Positions 17,620 to 27,201 of a stretch of 64,000 bases of DNA are shown here, in pieces. Numbering within the stretch: position 1 is the first letter of the stretch; every line of letters begins with the position of its first letter. A program made the translations under genes and the position numbers. The DNA lies in the NCBI GenBank assembly GCA_958296135.2, contig CATQHZ020000001.1:1760001-1824000 (forward strand). The letters are read 5' to 3'. This DNA comes from an uncultured Poribacteria bacterium. GTDB taxonomy: Bacteria; Poribacteria; WGA-4E; WGA-3G. The notes under the pieces are model-generated. The model worked only from the letters and a program-made list of their open reading frames with translations, had not been told where the DNA came from and made no database searches.

Positions 17620-18495
17620 GTAGCGCGAGGGCCCGGCGATCGCGAATCGCCGAGGGTTTCCCTCGCGATCTCTCGACGACACGAAAAACGCCACTGTTAC
17701 CGTAGCGCGAGGGCCCGGCGATCACGAATCGCCGAGGGTTTCCCCCGCGATCTCTCGACCTACGCGAAAACCGTCCGGCCCCTGGGCTTCGGCTGTTTTT
17801 TGATGCGATCGAGCACGGCGAGGCACAGGACCTCGCCCTACGGGCCACGGGGCCGCTTTGCTTCCGCTCAACGACACGAAAAACGCCACTGTTACCGTAG
17901 CGCGAGGGCCCGGCGATCGCGAATCGCCGAGGGTTCCCCTCGCGATCTCTCGACCTACGCGAAAACCGTCCGCAGCTCAGAGGCCCCGGACGGTTTTTCT
18001 TTAGACCGATGCCTGGCGAGGCACAGGCCCTCGCCCTACGGGCCGCGGGGCCGATTCGCTTCCGCTCATCGACACGAAAAACGCCCGCAACCCTGAGGCC
18101 GCGAACGCTTTCTGATGCGCTCGGTGCACGGCGAGGGACAGGCCCTCGCCCTACGGTTTGAGCGGCATTTTTAGTCCCCGTAGCGCGAGGGCCTGTCCCT
18201 CGCGAGCACTCAACGACACGAAAAACGCCACTGTTACCGTAGCGCGAGGGCCCGGCGATCGCGAATCGCCGAGGGTTTCCCTCGCGATCTCTCGACCTAC
18301 GCGAAAACCGTCCGCAGCTCAGAGGCCCCGGACGGTTTTTCTTTAGACCGATGCCTGGCGAGGCACAGGACCTCGCCCTACGGGCTGCGGGGCCGCTTTG
18401 CTTCCGCTCAACGAAACGGAAAACGCCCGCAGCCCCGAGCCCGCGAACGCTTTCTGATGCGATCGAGCACGGCGAGGGACAGGCCCTCGCCCTAC
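17620..18495. repeat. BIME/REPIN-like mosaic of about 10 GTAG REPs
   Basis: GTAG starts at 17620, 17702, 17897, 18180, 18239; inverse CTAC ends at 17841, 18039, 18154, 18381, 18495; internal 342-bp duplication. Confidence 0.9.
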
Positions 18496-18513
18496 GGTAA
18501 CAGTGGCGTTTTC

Positions 18514-21003
18514 CTACTTCCGAATCAGCATCTTTTTCGTTGCGATGAAATCTCCGGCCTGCAGCGTGTAGAAATACACGCCGCTTGCAACCGGTTCTCC
18601 TTGCGCATTGCGGCCATCCCAATACGCGGCGCGGGACTTGCCCGAATATACGCCCGCCGGAACTTGGCCCAACTCCAAGGTGCGTACCAGTTTCCCATCC
18701 GATGCGTGAATCCTGACGGTGACTTCTGCAGCCTGTGCCAATGCATACGGTATCCACGTTTCCGGGTTAAACGGATTCGGATAGTTGGCAAGCAGCGCGG
18801 TTTGTTTCGGGGTCAAGCGTGCAAGGAGCTGCTGCAGCACGGCGATGCCGCGTTGATACGCAGGGTTTGCGCTGTCCAGCCGTTGCGCCTGCGCGAGCCA
18901 CTGTTGCACTTCAGCAGCAGTGAACCCCTCAAGGCCTTCTGGATGTCGGGAAGGCGCACCGGCCGCGTCTACTATCGCCGCTGCAATCAACAATAAATCT
19001 GCAGCATCAACCACGCCATCGCCGTTTACATCCGCACTATTTTGGCCTGTCTCCCCGAGTCGCAATGCGGCCTGACTCAGATCTCCAAAGTCGACCACGC
19101 CATCGCCGTTGATATCTGCGGCGATGTGTTCCTGTGTGGGTGCAGACGGTGCAATGTCCCAGAGGAGCACGGTGCCATCCAGACTCGCACTTGCGAGTGT
19201 GGTGCCATCTGGGCTGAACGCAACGCTCAAGACATCGTACGTATGTCCGGTGAGTGTTTGGCGTGTGTCGCCGGTGGCGACATCCCACAGCCGGATGGTT
19301 CTGTCCCGACTCGCACTTGCGAGTGTGGTGCCATCGGGGCTGAACGCAACGCTAGTGACACCGTCCGTATGTCCGGTGAGTGTGTTTAGTGTGTTGCCGG
19401 TGGCCACATCCCACAGCCGGACGGTGGTGTCCCCACTCCCACTTGCGAGTGTGTTTCCATCCGGGCTGAACGCAACGCTAGTGACACCGTCCGTATGGCC
19501 GCCGAGTGTGTTTAGTGTGTCGCCGGTGACCACATCCCACAGCCGGACGGTGGTGTCCCCACTCCCACTTGCGAGTGTGTTTCCATCCGGGCTGAACGCA
19601 ACGCTAATGACATGGGACGTATGTCCGGTGAGTGTGTTTAGTGTGTCGCCGGTGACCACATCCCACAGCCGGAGGGTTCTGTCCGAACTCGCACTTGCGA
19701 GTGTGTTTCCATCCGGGCTGAACGCAACGCTAGTGACATAGTCCGTATGGCCGGTGAGTGTTTGGCGTGTGTCGCCGGTGGCCACATCCCACAGACGAAT
19801 GGTGTCCCAACTGTCACTTGCGAGTGTGGTGCCATCGGGGCTGAACGCAACGCTAGAGCCCCCGACGGTGAGAGTTTGGCGTATGTCGCCGGTGGCCACA
19901 TCCCACAGCCGGACGGTGGAGTCCCCACTACTACGTGCGAGCGTGGTGCCATCAGGGCTGAACGCAACGCTAGTGACACCGCCCGTATGTCCGGTGAGTG
20001 TGTTTAGTGTGTCGCCGGTGACCACATCCCACAGACGGATGGTGCTGTCCCAACGCCCACCACTTGCGAGTGTGTTTCCATCGGGGCTGAACGCAACGCT
20101 CCAGATAGTGTCCGTATGTCCGGTGAGTGTGTTTAGTGTGTCGCCGGTGGCCACATCCCACAGCCGGACGGTGGTGTCCCCACTCCCACTTGCGAGTGTG
20201 TTTCCATCCGGGCTGAACGCAACGCTCAAGACAGCGTCCGTAAGGACGGTGAGTGTGTTTAGTGTATCGCCGGTGGCGACATCCCACAGACGGATGGTTT
20301 TGTCATTCCAACCCCCACCACTTGCGAGTGTGTTTCCATCCGGGCTGAACGCAACGCTATTGACACCGCCCGTATGGCCGGTGAGAGTATGGCGTGTGTC
20401 GCCGGTGGCGACATCCCACAGACGGATGGTTTTGTCATTCCAACCCCCACCACTTGCGAGTGTGTTTCCATCCGGGCTGAACGCAACGCTCTCGACAACG
20501 TGCGTATGTCCGGTGAGTGTGTTTAGTGTGTCGCCGGTGACCACATCCCACAGCCGGACGGTGGTGTCATGACTGCCACTTGCGAGTGTGTTTCCATCCG
20601 GGCTGAACGCAACGCTATAGACAGCACTGGTATGTCCGGTGAGTGTGTTTAGTGTGTCGCCGGTGGCCACATCCCACACACGGACGGTTCTGTCCCCACT
20701 CCCACTTGCGAGTGTGTTTCCATCGGGGCTGAACGCAACGCTAGAGACACCGCCCGTATGCCCGGTGAGCAGTGCCACTTCTTGGTAGGTTGCGGTATCG
20801 TAGAGCCAAATCCCGATGGAACTTGCAACCGCAAGCAGGGTGCCATCGGGAGAATACGCAATCTCGGTGATGTTGCCTTTGCCGAGGCGTAAGGTGGCCC
20901 CTTCGGGTAATCCCAACCGCTGGTAATCTTGGGCGGTGGCGGGTGTCAGTGCCATCGTGGCGGTTAATAGCAGGGTTAAGGTTAAAAGCGTTAATGTTTT
21001 CAT
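18514..21003 (-). CDS. Secreted WD40 protein (14 repeats) with dockerin-like EF-hands and a C-terminal FlgD-Ig/T9SS-type sorting domain
   Basis: Signal peptide; 14 x (S/A)FSPDG-type repeats; ADINGDGVVD / ADVNGDGVVD; NYPNPFNP...WDGRN...SGVYFY...KKMLIRK. Confidence 0.9.
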   Translation of the reverse strand: MKTLTLLTLTLLLTATMALTPATAQDYQRLGLPEGATLRLGKGNITEIAYSPDGTLLAVASSIGIWLYDTATYQEVALLTGHTGGVSSVAFSPDGNTLASGSGDRTVRVWDVATGDTLNTLTGHTSAVYSVAFSPDGNTLASGSHDTTVRLWDVVTGDTLNTLTGHTHVVESVAFSPDGNTLASGGGWNDKTIRLWDVATGDTRHTLTGHTGGVNSVAFSPDGNTLASGGGWNDKTIRLWDVATGDTLNTLTVLTDAVLSVAFSPDGNTLASGSGDTTVRLWDVATGDTLNTLTGHTDTIWSVAFSPDGNTLASGGRWDSTIRLWDVVTGDTLNTLTGHTGGVTSVAFSPDGTTLARSSGDSTVRLWDVATGDIRQTLTVGGSSVAFSPDGTTLASDSWDTIRLWDVATGDTRQTLTGHTDYVTSVAFSPDGNTLASASSDRTLRLWDVVTGDTLNTLTGHTSHVISVAFSPDGNTLASGSGDTTVRLWDVVTGDTLNTLGGHTDGVTSVAFSPDGNTLASGSGDTTVRLWDVATGNTLNTLTGHTDGVTSVAFSPDGTTLASASRDRTIRLWDVATGDTRQTLTGHTYDVLSVAFSPDGTTLASASLDGTVLLWDIAPSAPTQEHIAADINGDGVVDFGDLSQAALRLGETGQNSADVNGDGVVDAADLLLIAAAIVDAAGAPSRHPEGLEGFTAAEVQQWLAQAQRLDSANPAYQRGIAVLQQLLARLTPKQTALLANYPNPFNPETWIPYALAQAAEVTVRIHASDGKLVRTLELGQVPAGVYSGKSRAAYWDGRNAQGEPVASGVYFYTLQAGDFIATKKMLIRK

Positions 21004-21021
21004 TGGATTTCTCCTTTTGGG

Positions 21022-21186
21022 TATCGGGACAAGATGTCCCGCCTACTGTCGAGACCAGAGGTCTCTCCTACTGAAGTATCGGGACCAGAGGGCCCTCCTA
21101 CTGAGTTGTGGACAGGCACGGTGCCGGTCCATCTCTTTGTCTGTCTCGGTTTGCGGCAAATCGCGATTGGGAGATCGCGCCTACCA
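21022..21186. repeat. Tandem short GTAG(G)-ended hairpin repeats
   Basis: gggacaagatgtcccgcctac / gagaccagaggtctctcctac / gggaccagagggccctcctac / gcgattgggagatcgcgcctac. Confidence 0.7.
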
Positions 21187-21291
21187 TCATGTTTATATGT
21201 ACTATGCATGAAAATGCAAATGTTGTCAAGATTTTTACGGATGGATAGAGACATCTGTCCTTACAAGGTGCATCAGAGAAAAATTAACCCC

Positions 21292-21320
21292 TTGACACAA
21301 AATCGTAAACGTGCTATAAT
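21292..21320 (+). promoter_or_regulatory. Consensus sigma70 promoter
   Basis: TTGACA-17 nt-TATAAT with extended TG. Confidence 0.85.
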
Positions 21321-21354
21321 TCTGCATATCCTGAATAAGGAGAGGAGGCGCGTT

Positions 21355-22392
21355 ATGGAAACCCCCACATATCGCACGGCAATTGTTGGCGGCAGGCGCG
21401 GTGTCCACCATGCACGATGCTACGCCGGTATTGAAAACATGCAGGTGACTGCCATCTGCGAGATTGATGAAGAACGGCTGAAAACCGCTGTCGCCGAACT
21501 GAACGTCAACGGGTATACCGACTACGCCGAGATGTTGAAGATAGAACAGCCCGACATTGTCCACGCCGTGACAGAACCGACGGTGCCGCGGCACATCTGG
21601 GTGGAGCCCGCTGCTGCGGCAGGCGTTAAAGCGTTGGTGATTGAAAAACCGCTCGCGCTGCGTCCGAAGGAAGCGGATGCGCTCGCCGCCGCGCACGAAA
21701 GGACAGGATTGAAGATTATCGTCAACCATCAACGCCGGTATCTCCCTTTCGCCGAGAAGTTGCTGGAATTTTTCGCCGAAGACAGCCTCGGCGACATGCA
21801 CTTCATTCGCGCATGCACGGAAGGCGACATCACCGATATGGATACGCATTTGATGGATGTCGTGCTTTTCGCCCTTCAGGACATTCCTATCACGCATGTA
21901 TGGGGGAGCGTTGAGGGAGCAGAAACTTATCACATTCCGAATCGGAATTGCCCGGTGAATCTGAACGCTATCTATACCTTTGAAAACGGCACGCGCGTCT
22001 TTTTTGAATCGGCGCGCAAAGCGTTCGGCACCGTCGATTTTCCCGGCAGCAATCCGAGATGTAACCTCGATTTTTGGGGAACGAAGGGACGCATGTGGTG
22101 GCGCGAAAACGGTTCCTGGGGGTATCATCTCGATGGCATGGCGCATCCGTTCGTTGAGAAGACGCACTTCGGCGAAGACGACAAATTTGGACAGAAGGCA
22201 TTTACGCAAGCCATCGCTATATGGCTCGATGACGAGAATCAGCCGCACCGCAACAGGCTAGAATTCGCATTGCTCGGATTCGAGCTTATCATGGCGGCGT
22301 ATCGTTCCGCCCTCATTGGAGAACGCATCGCCTGGCCCCCGAAACTCTCCGATGCGGAATGGGTGGCACTCAGAAATCGGATAATCGGATAA
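21355..22392 (+). CDS. Gfo/Idh/MocA family oxidoreductase
   Basis: EKPLA, NHQRRY, DMDTH; GGAGG SD before METPT. Confidence 0.85.
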   Translation: METPTYRTAIVGGRRGVHHARCYAGIENMQVTAICEIDEERLKTAVAELNVNGYTDYAEMLKIEQPDIVHAVTEPTVPRHIWVEPAAAAGVKALVIEKPLALRPKEADALAAAHERTGLKIIVNHQRRYLPFAEKLLEFFAEDSLGDMHFIRACTEGDITDMDTHLMDVVLFALQDIPITHVWGSVEGAETYHIPNRNCPVNLNAIYTFENGTRVFFESARKAFGTVDFPGSNPRCNLDFWGTKGRMWWRENGSWGYHLDGMAHPFVEKTHFGEDDKFGQKAFTQAIAIWLDDENQPHRNRLEFALLGFELIMAAYRSALIGERIAWPPKLSDAEWVALRNRIIG

Positions 22393-22490
22393 TTTGATTT
22401 TTGCGAGGGACAGGTTTTCCCTCGCGCTACGATTGGGTGCTGGTAGGCGCGGTTTCAAACCGCGCCTACCGAACAAAATAGGAGACAAAT

Positions 22491-23297
22491 ATGCTCAACC
22501 AAGCAAAAGTGGAAGCATTCCGCGAGAAAGGCTTTCTACTCGGAAGTCGCGTGTTAAGTGACGAGCAAGTCGATGAATTGCGAGCAGAATTATCGCGCGT
22601 GATTGACGACTACGAGAAAACGGATATCCCGCAGCCGGTGCGCATCGCGAACCTCGGCGGGAAGGCAGAGAGCCCCGTCTGGCAAATCGTCAATATCTGG
22701 GAGGCGAGCCCAGCCTACCATCAACTCATCTACAACCCGCGCATCGTCGAAGAAATTGGGCAATTGACTGCGGCAACCGAACTGCGCGTTTGGCACGACC
22801 AGGTGCAATATAAACCGCCGGAAGTCGGCGGCGTTAACATGTGGCATCAGGATTCGCCGTACTGGCCGATTCTCACGCCGAAAACGAGTCAGGTGACTGC
22901 CTGGGTCGCGCTGGACGATGTCGATGAAAGCAACGGGTGCATGCGCATGGTGCCTGGCTCCTATCACTGGGGGAACCAGATTCCCTTTCTGCATAGCGTC
23001 AAAGACATTGACACTATGCCGGAACGCTTTGAGGCGCACGCGTTGGACGTGGAACTTTGCCCGGTGCCGAAAGGACATGTCCATTATCACCACTCGTTGA
23101 CGTGGCACGGTTCTCACGACAACACGAGCGGCAGTCCGCGGCGTGCTATCGCGGTGCATTACATGACGAACGAAACCCTCTACGATGAGAGCGGCAATCA
23201 CGTCATGAAGCCCTTTGTCACCGTCAAAAACGGCGATAAATTGGCAGGAGACCATTTTCCGCTCGTTATGGATACAGGGGTGCCGATTGGCGCGTAA
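22491..23297 (+). CDS. PhyH family dioxygenase
   Basis: WHQD, WVALDD, NGC..VPGS, WHGS..N, RRA. Confidence 0.9.
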   Translation: MLNQAKVEAFREKGFLLGSRVLSDEQVDELRAELSRVIDDYEKTDIPQPVRIANLGGKAESPVWQIVNIWEASPAYHQLIYNPRIVEEIGQLTAATELRVWHDQVQYKPPEVGGVNMWHQDSPYWPILTPKTSQVTAWVALDDVDESNGCMRMVPGSYHWGNQIPFLHSVKDIDTMPERFEAHALDVELCPVPKGHVHYHHSLTWHGSHDNTSGSPRRAIAVHYMTNETLYDESGNHVMKPFVTVKNGDKLAGDHFPLVMDTGVPIGA

Positions 23298-23512
23298 AGG
23301 AATTCTGTCTTTAGCAGTGTGTTTGATAACGGAACGAGATGCAAGGAGATTTACCGCCATACATCTGTCATTGACGTTGTCAACGACACCGTTTTTGAAG
23401 AATCAAGAAGGCAGCAACTAGGAACGACGTGGCAGTTCTACGTAGTGTGACGTTGCTGCGTCAAGAACCTTGAACGAACGCTTTGCGCCACTACAAAAAT
23501 AGGAGGAAAAAC

Positions 23513-25147
23513 ATGAAAGTTGTTGACGCAGTTGCGAAAGTCCTGAAAGCGGAAGGCGTAGAATACCTCTTCGCTTATCCCGTGAACCCGATAATTGAAG
23601 CGGCGGCGAAATTAGACATCCGGCCCATCATCGTCCGGCAGGAACGCATCGGACTGCACATGGCAGACGCGATGAGCCGAATGACTTCTGGACAGCAGAT
23701 CGGCGTGTTCTGCATGCAGAGCGGCCCCGGCTCCGAAAATGCGTTCGGCGGCGTTGCGCAGGCATACGGCGACTCCGCACCGATTGTCGTGCTACCGATG
23801 GGCTACTCGCGTGGGTTGACTCAGATTCAACCGAACTTCAATGCCGCTTTGAACTATCGGCATGTCACGAAATCTTGTGAGCAAGTGATGTTGCCTGAGG
23901 CGGTGCCAGAAGCACTGCGGCGCGCTTTCACACAAGCACGGAACGGGAGGCCGCGGCCCGCGCTCGTTGAATTTCCATCGGATTTGTTCGGCGAGGAAAT
24001 CCCTGACTCGTTTGATCCGACTCCGGTGCCAACAGCGCGCTACGGCCCTGATAGTGCATCACTTGCGGCGGCGGCAGACGCACTGCTGGCAGCCGAATGC
24101 CCTGTCATTTACGCAGGGCAAGGTGTCCATTACGCGCAGGCGTGGGATTCGCTGAAGGAATTGGCGGAACTTCTCGCTGCGCCAGTAACGACAAGCCTCG
24201 GCGGGAAAAGTGCTTTTCCGGAAAATCATCCGTTAGCACTCGGCTCCGGCGGGCGGGCTATTCCAAAGCCCGTGCATGACTACCTCCAAAAATCAGACTT
24301 GATTCTGGGCATCGGCTGCAGCTTCACCCGCACCGGTTTCGGAGTCAGGATACCGGCAGGGAAACGCGTTATCCACGCGACGTTGGACCCGGCGGATATC
24401 AACAAAGATGTCCCCGTTGAAATTGCCCTCGTCGGCGATGCGGGTTTAATTTTAGCGGGGTTAGTCGCAGCGGTTCGCGAACGTTCTGGCGGCGCATCGG
24501 AAGCCCGCACCGCGGCGGTAACGGAAGATATTAAGGCGATTAAGACGGAATGGCTGGAAAAGTGGATGCCTAAACTCTCCTCCGATGTTGTGCCGATGAC
24601 ACCGTATCGTGTTATTTGGGACATGATGCGCACCGTGGATGTCGCCAACACGATTATCACGCACGATGCGGGGAGCCCCCGCGATCAGTTGTCGCCGTTC
24701 TGGCAGTCCATCACGCCGCTCTCCTACATTGGTTGGGGGAAGACGACGCAGCTCGGTTACGGGCTCGGCCTCGCGATGGGCGCGAAACTGGCTAAGCCGG
24801 ATAAACTCTGTATCAACGTCTGGGGCGATGCCGCCATCGGGTTTACCGGCATGGACTTCGAGACGGCCGTGCGCGAACGCATCCCGATTTTGTCCGTGCT
24901 TTTCAACAATTTCTCAATGGCTATTGAGATTCCGATTATGCCGGTGTCTACCGAAAAGTATCGCTGCACCGACATCTCTGGCAATTATGCGGACATGGCG
25001 AAGGCGTTCGGTGGCTACGGCGAGCGCGTGGAAACGCCGGACCAGATTGTGCCGGCTCTCCAGCGCGGCATCCAGAAGACGCAAGAAGGCGTTCCCGCGC
25101 TGTTAGAATTTATCACGGCGAAGGAAATCCAAATTTCTACGTTCTGA
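23513..25147 (+). CDS. Thiamine pyrophosphate-requiring enzyme (acetolactate synthase-like)
   Basis: RQER...HMAD, SGPG, GDAA...NN TPP motif; AGGAGG SD. Confidence 0.9.
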   Translation: MKVVDAVAKVLKAEGVEYLFAYPVNPIIEAAAKLDIRPIIVRQERIGLHMADAMSRMTSGQQIGVFCMQSGPGSENAFGGVAQAYGDSAPIVVLPMGYSRGLTQIQPNFNAALNYRHVTKSCEQVMLPEAVPEALRRAFTQARNGRPRPALVEFPSDLFGEEIPDSFDPTPVPTARYGPDSASLAAAADALLAAECPVIYAGQGVHYAQAWDSLKELAELLAAPVTTSLGGKSAFPENHPLALGSGGRAIPKPVHDYLQKSDLILGIGCSFTRTGFGVRIPAGKRVIHATLDPADINKDVPVEIALVGDAGLILAGLVAAVRERSGGASEARTAAVTEDIKAIKTEWLEKWMPKLSSDVVPMTPYRVIWDMMRTVDVANTIITHDAGSPRDQLSPFWQSITPLSYIGWGKTTQLGYGLGLAMGAKLAKPDKLCINVWGDAAIGFTGMDFETAVRERIPILSVLFNNFSMAIEIPIMPVSTEKYRCTDISGNYADMAKAFGGYGERVETPDQIVPALQRGIQKTQEGVPALLEFITAKEIQISTF

Positions 25148-25328
25148 TGAGGTGTTGGGCTTAAAAACATAAGCGGTTAATTCGGACCGGCGGGCGGATC
25201 TGAACGACAGGTGCAACGCGCGCGGAGACGCTGCACGCCGCCCGTGAAATCGTCCGATTTAATGCGAGCCCAACCTATTGTATTGGCGGGCTCTCCCGAG
25301 CCCGCATTCACATATAGGAGGATACACG

Positions 25329-26096
25329 ATGAAATCCGCTATTACGATTTTCCTCATAGCCGCCTTGAGTATTGCCAACGTATGGGCACTCAACGATGAC
25401 AAGGCACTGATGCTCTATTTCACGTTTGACGAAGGGGCCGGTGCCACGGCAGCCGATGTCAGCGGCAATAATCTTGAAGGCACTCTTGAAGGCGCGACCT
25501 GGTCAAAAGATGGAAAGATCGGCGGCTGCGTCTACCTTGAAGACTCTGAAACGTTTGTCGAAGTGGCGGCGGTTCCCGAGTTAGACATCACCGATGAACT
25601 GACGATTCAGGCGTGGTTTTTCCCGGAAGAATCGCAGGGAGATTCCAATCTGATGGGCCGTAGAAGCGCGGCGAACGTCGGCGGTTATTGTCTCCAATGG
25701 AGCGCGCAGTTTACCGGTGCCCCGCAGATCGAGACGTGGATTAACATCGGTGGATGGCAAGGTTCGCGAAACAAGCAGACTATCAAGCCGGCATTAGAGG
25801 AATGGCATCACGTCGCCTCTACCTACGATGGCGACATGATTCGCCAGTATATTGATGGCAAGTTGGATGTCGAATTCAAGCCGCCGAACGGTAAGATTAA
25901 CAGCATCGAGGTAGTCTTTCGTATTGGCAAGGCGCAGACAGGGCTTCCCGGCATGGTAGGTTCTGTCGATGAAGTCGCTATCTACAACCGCGCCCTCACC
26001 GCTGAGGAGATTAATCAAGATCTGAACAACGGCGTTTACTTTGCCGTATCCCCCGGCGGCAAGTTGGCGACGACGTGGGGCGATTTGAAACGGTAG
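25329..26096 (+). CDS. Secreted LamG-like jellyroll protein
   Basis: Signal peptide, YFTFDEG, WHHVASTYDG, YIDG, DEVAIYNRAL; C-terminus KLATTWGDLKR. Confidence 0.9.
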   Translation: MKSAITIFLIAALSIANVWALNDDKALMLYFTFDEGAGATAADVSGNNLEGTLEGATWSKDGKIGGCVYLEDSETFVEVAAVPELDITDELTIQAWFFPEESQGDSNLMGRRSAANVGGYCLQWSAQFTGAPQIETWINIGGWQGSRNKQTIKPALEEWHHVASTYDGDMIRQYIDGKLDVEFKPPNGKINSIEVVFRIGKAQTGLPGMVGSVDEVAIYNRALTAEEINQDLNNGVYFAVSPGGKLATTWGDLKR

Positions 26097-26171
26097 AGAG
26101 AGCGGCGGATGTTGATTCCGCCGGTTCTCCAAACTCATTGACAGTATCCCTGTCCCAAAAGGAGAACACGC

Positions 26172-26963
26172 ATGAAAACCTATCTTATGCGAATGCTCAT
26201 CGTTTCCGTGATGAGTTTATCGATCTGCCAGATCGGTTTCGCAGCAGGTGGAAAAGGCAACGTCAAGCAACTTAAGGAGCAGCTGTACATCTGGCACTTT
26301 GACGAAGGGAAAGGGAAAGAGACGCGGGACGCGACCGCGGGGTTAGTCGGCGAATTCAACGGCGATGTGGAGTGGGCTGAAGGCATATCGGGGAACGCTG
26401 TGCAGATCGCGGGTTCCGTCGGCAAAGCCGCTTTCGTAGAAGTGCCTCACTCTGATGAGGTGGACATTGACGAAGCCATCACAATGATGGCGTGGATTTA
26501 CCCGGACGAACTCCCCGCGGGCGGCCAGGAAAACAAGTTCACTATCTTTTACAAGAACACCTATTACCTCCAGATCGAACCGGGAGAAGGGCAGCTCGCC
26601 TACTACTTTTACGACACCACTGCCCCCGGTTACCACATTTCTGACGGTAAAGTGAAAGCCGAAGCGTGGACGCACGTCGCATTGGTATGGGATGGGACTG
26701 AGGCGCAGTTCTATATCAACGGTGAGTCCGCTGGGAAGCCTATTGCACAGAAGGGGCCCGGCCGGAGCATGCCGGACAAAACTTTGCGATTTGGCGGTGA
26801 GAATAATGGATGTTGTCCCCGTTTTTTTCAGGGCCGCCTTGATGAGATAAGGCTCGCCAACTATCCGCTTGCTGCGGCGGATATCCGGAAGAGCATCGAT
26901 GAGACGCTCGCCGTTTCCGCGCGCGGCAAACTTGCGACGACGTGGGGTGATTTGAAACGGTAG
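26172..26963 (+). CDS. Secreted LamG-like jellyroll protein
   Basis: Signal peptide, WHFDEG, WTHVALVWDG, YING, F.GRLDEIR; C-terminus KLATTWGDLKR. Confidence 0.9.
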   Translation: MKTYLMRMLIVSVMSLSICQIGFAAGGKGNVKQLKEQLYIWHFDEGKGKETRDATAGLVGEFNGDVEWAEGISGNAVQIAGSVGKAAFVEVPHSDEVDIDEAITMMAWIYPDELPAGGQENKFTIFYKNTYYLQIEPGEGQLAYYFYDTTAPGYHISDGKVKAEAWTHVALVWDGTEAQFYINGESAGKPIAQKGPGRSMPDKTLRFGGENNGCCPRFFQGRLDEIRLANYPLAAADIRKSIDETLAVSARGKLATTWGDLKR

Positions 26964-27201
26964 GCAGGGCGCGTACGTGTGGTTTCAGCCTTTGAAACGC
27001 GCGCTCGCCTTGCACCTGTAAGGGCGGATTTCTATATCCGCCCTCCCCGCGCCTGCAATACCAAATGAGGTTGATTCGTCTTGCTAATGTAGGTGGAGAC
27101 TCGCCAGCGCTTGACCTGGGCGGAAAAGGTAGACTTCATGAAACAGATGATGCCTACCCCTGTGCCCTCCTTTAGGGGTATAATGTTTATAGGAGAAAAC
27201 A

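Noticed and set aside
17620-18495. Possible CRISPR array
   Set aside because: Repeats alternate in orientation, the linkers are themselves repeated, spacing is irregular and there are no cas genes.
17561-18757. 398-aa minus-strand ORF and 172/179-aa plus-strand ORFs
   Set aside because: They are translations of the REP mosaic (R/G/P-rich, repeated SRGTGPRAT-type peptides) and overlap the WD40 gene.
19109-20572. Repetitive plus-strand ORFs, or a possible CRISPR/DGR in the WD40 gene
   Set aside because: Antisense shadows of coding repeats; no reverse transcriptase and no template/variable repeat pair seen.
21034-21354. Long N-terminal extensions in the ORF track (also 3037-3213, 10641-11024, 11985-12095, 36454-36561, 52803-52925)
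   Set aside because: They run through repeats, promoters or neighbouring genes; downstream starts have SD or promoter support.
21235-23360. Long antisense ORFs (337 and 256 aa; also 42010-42849 and 56353-57195)
   Set aside because: Shadows of well-supported genes on the opposite strand, which are common in GC-rich DNA.
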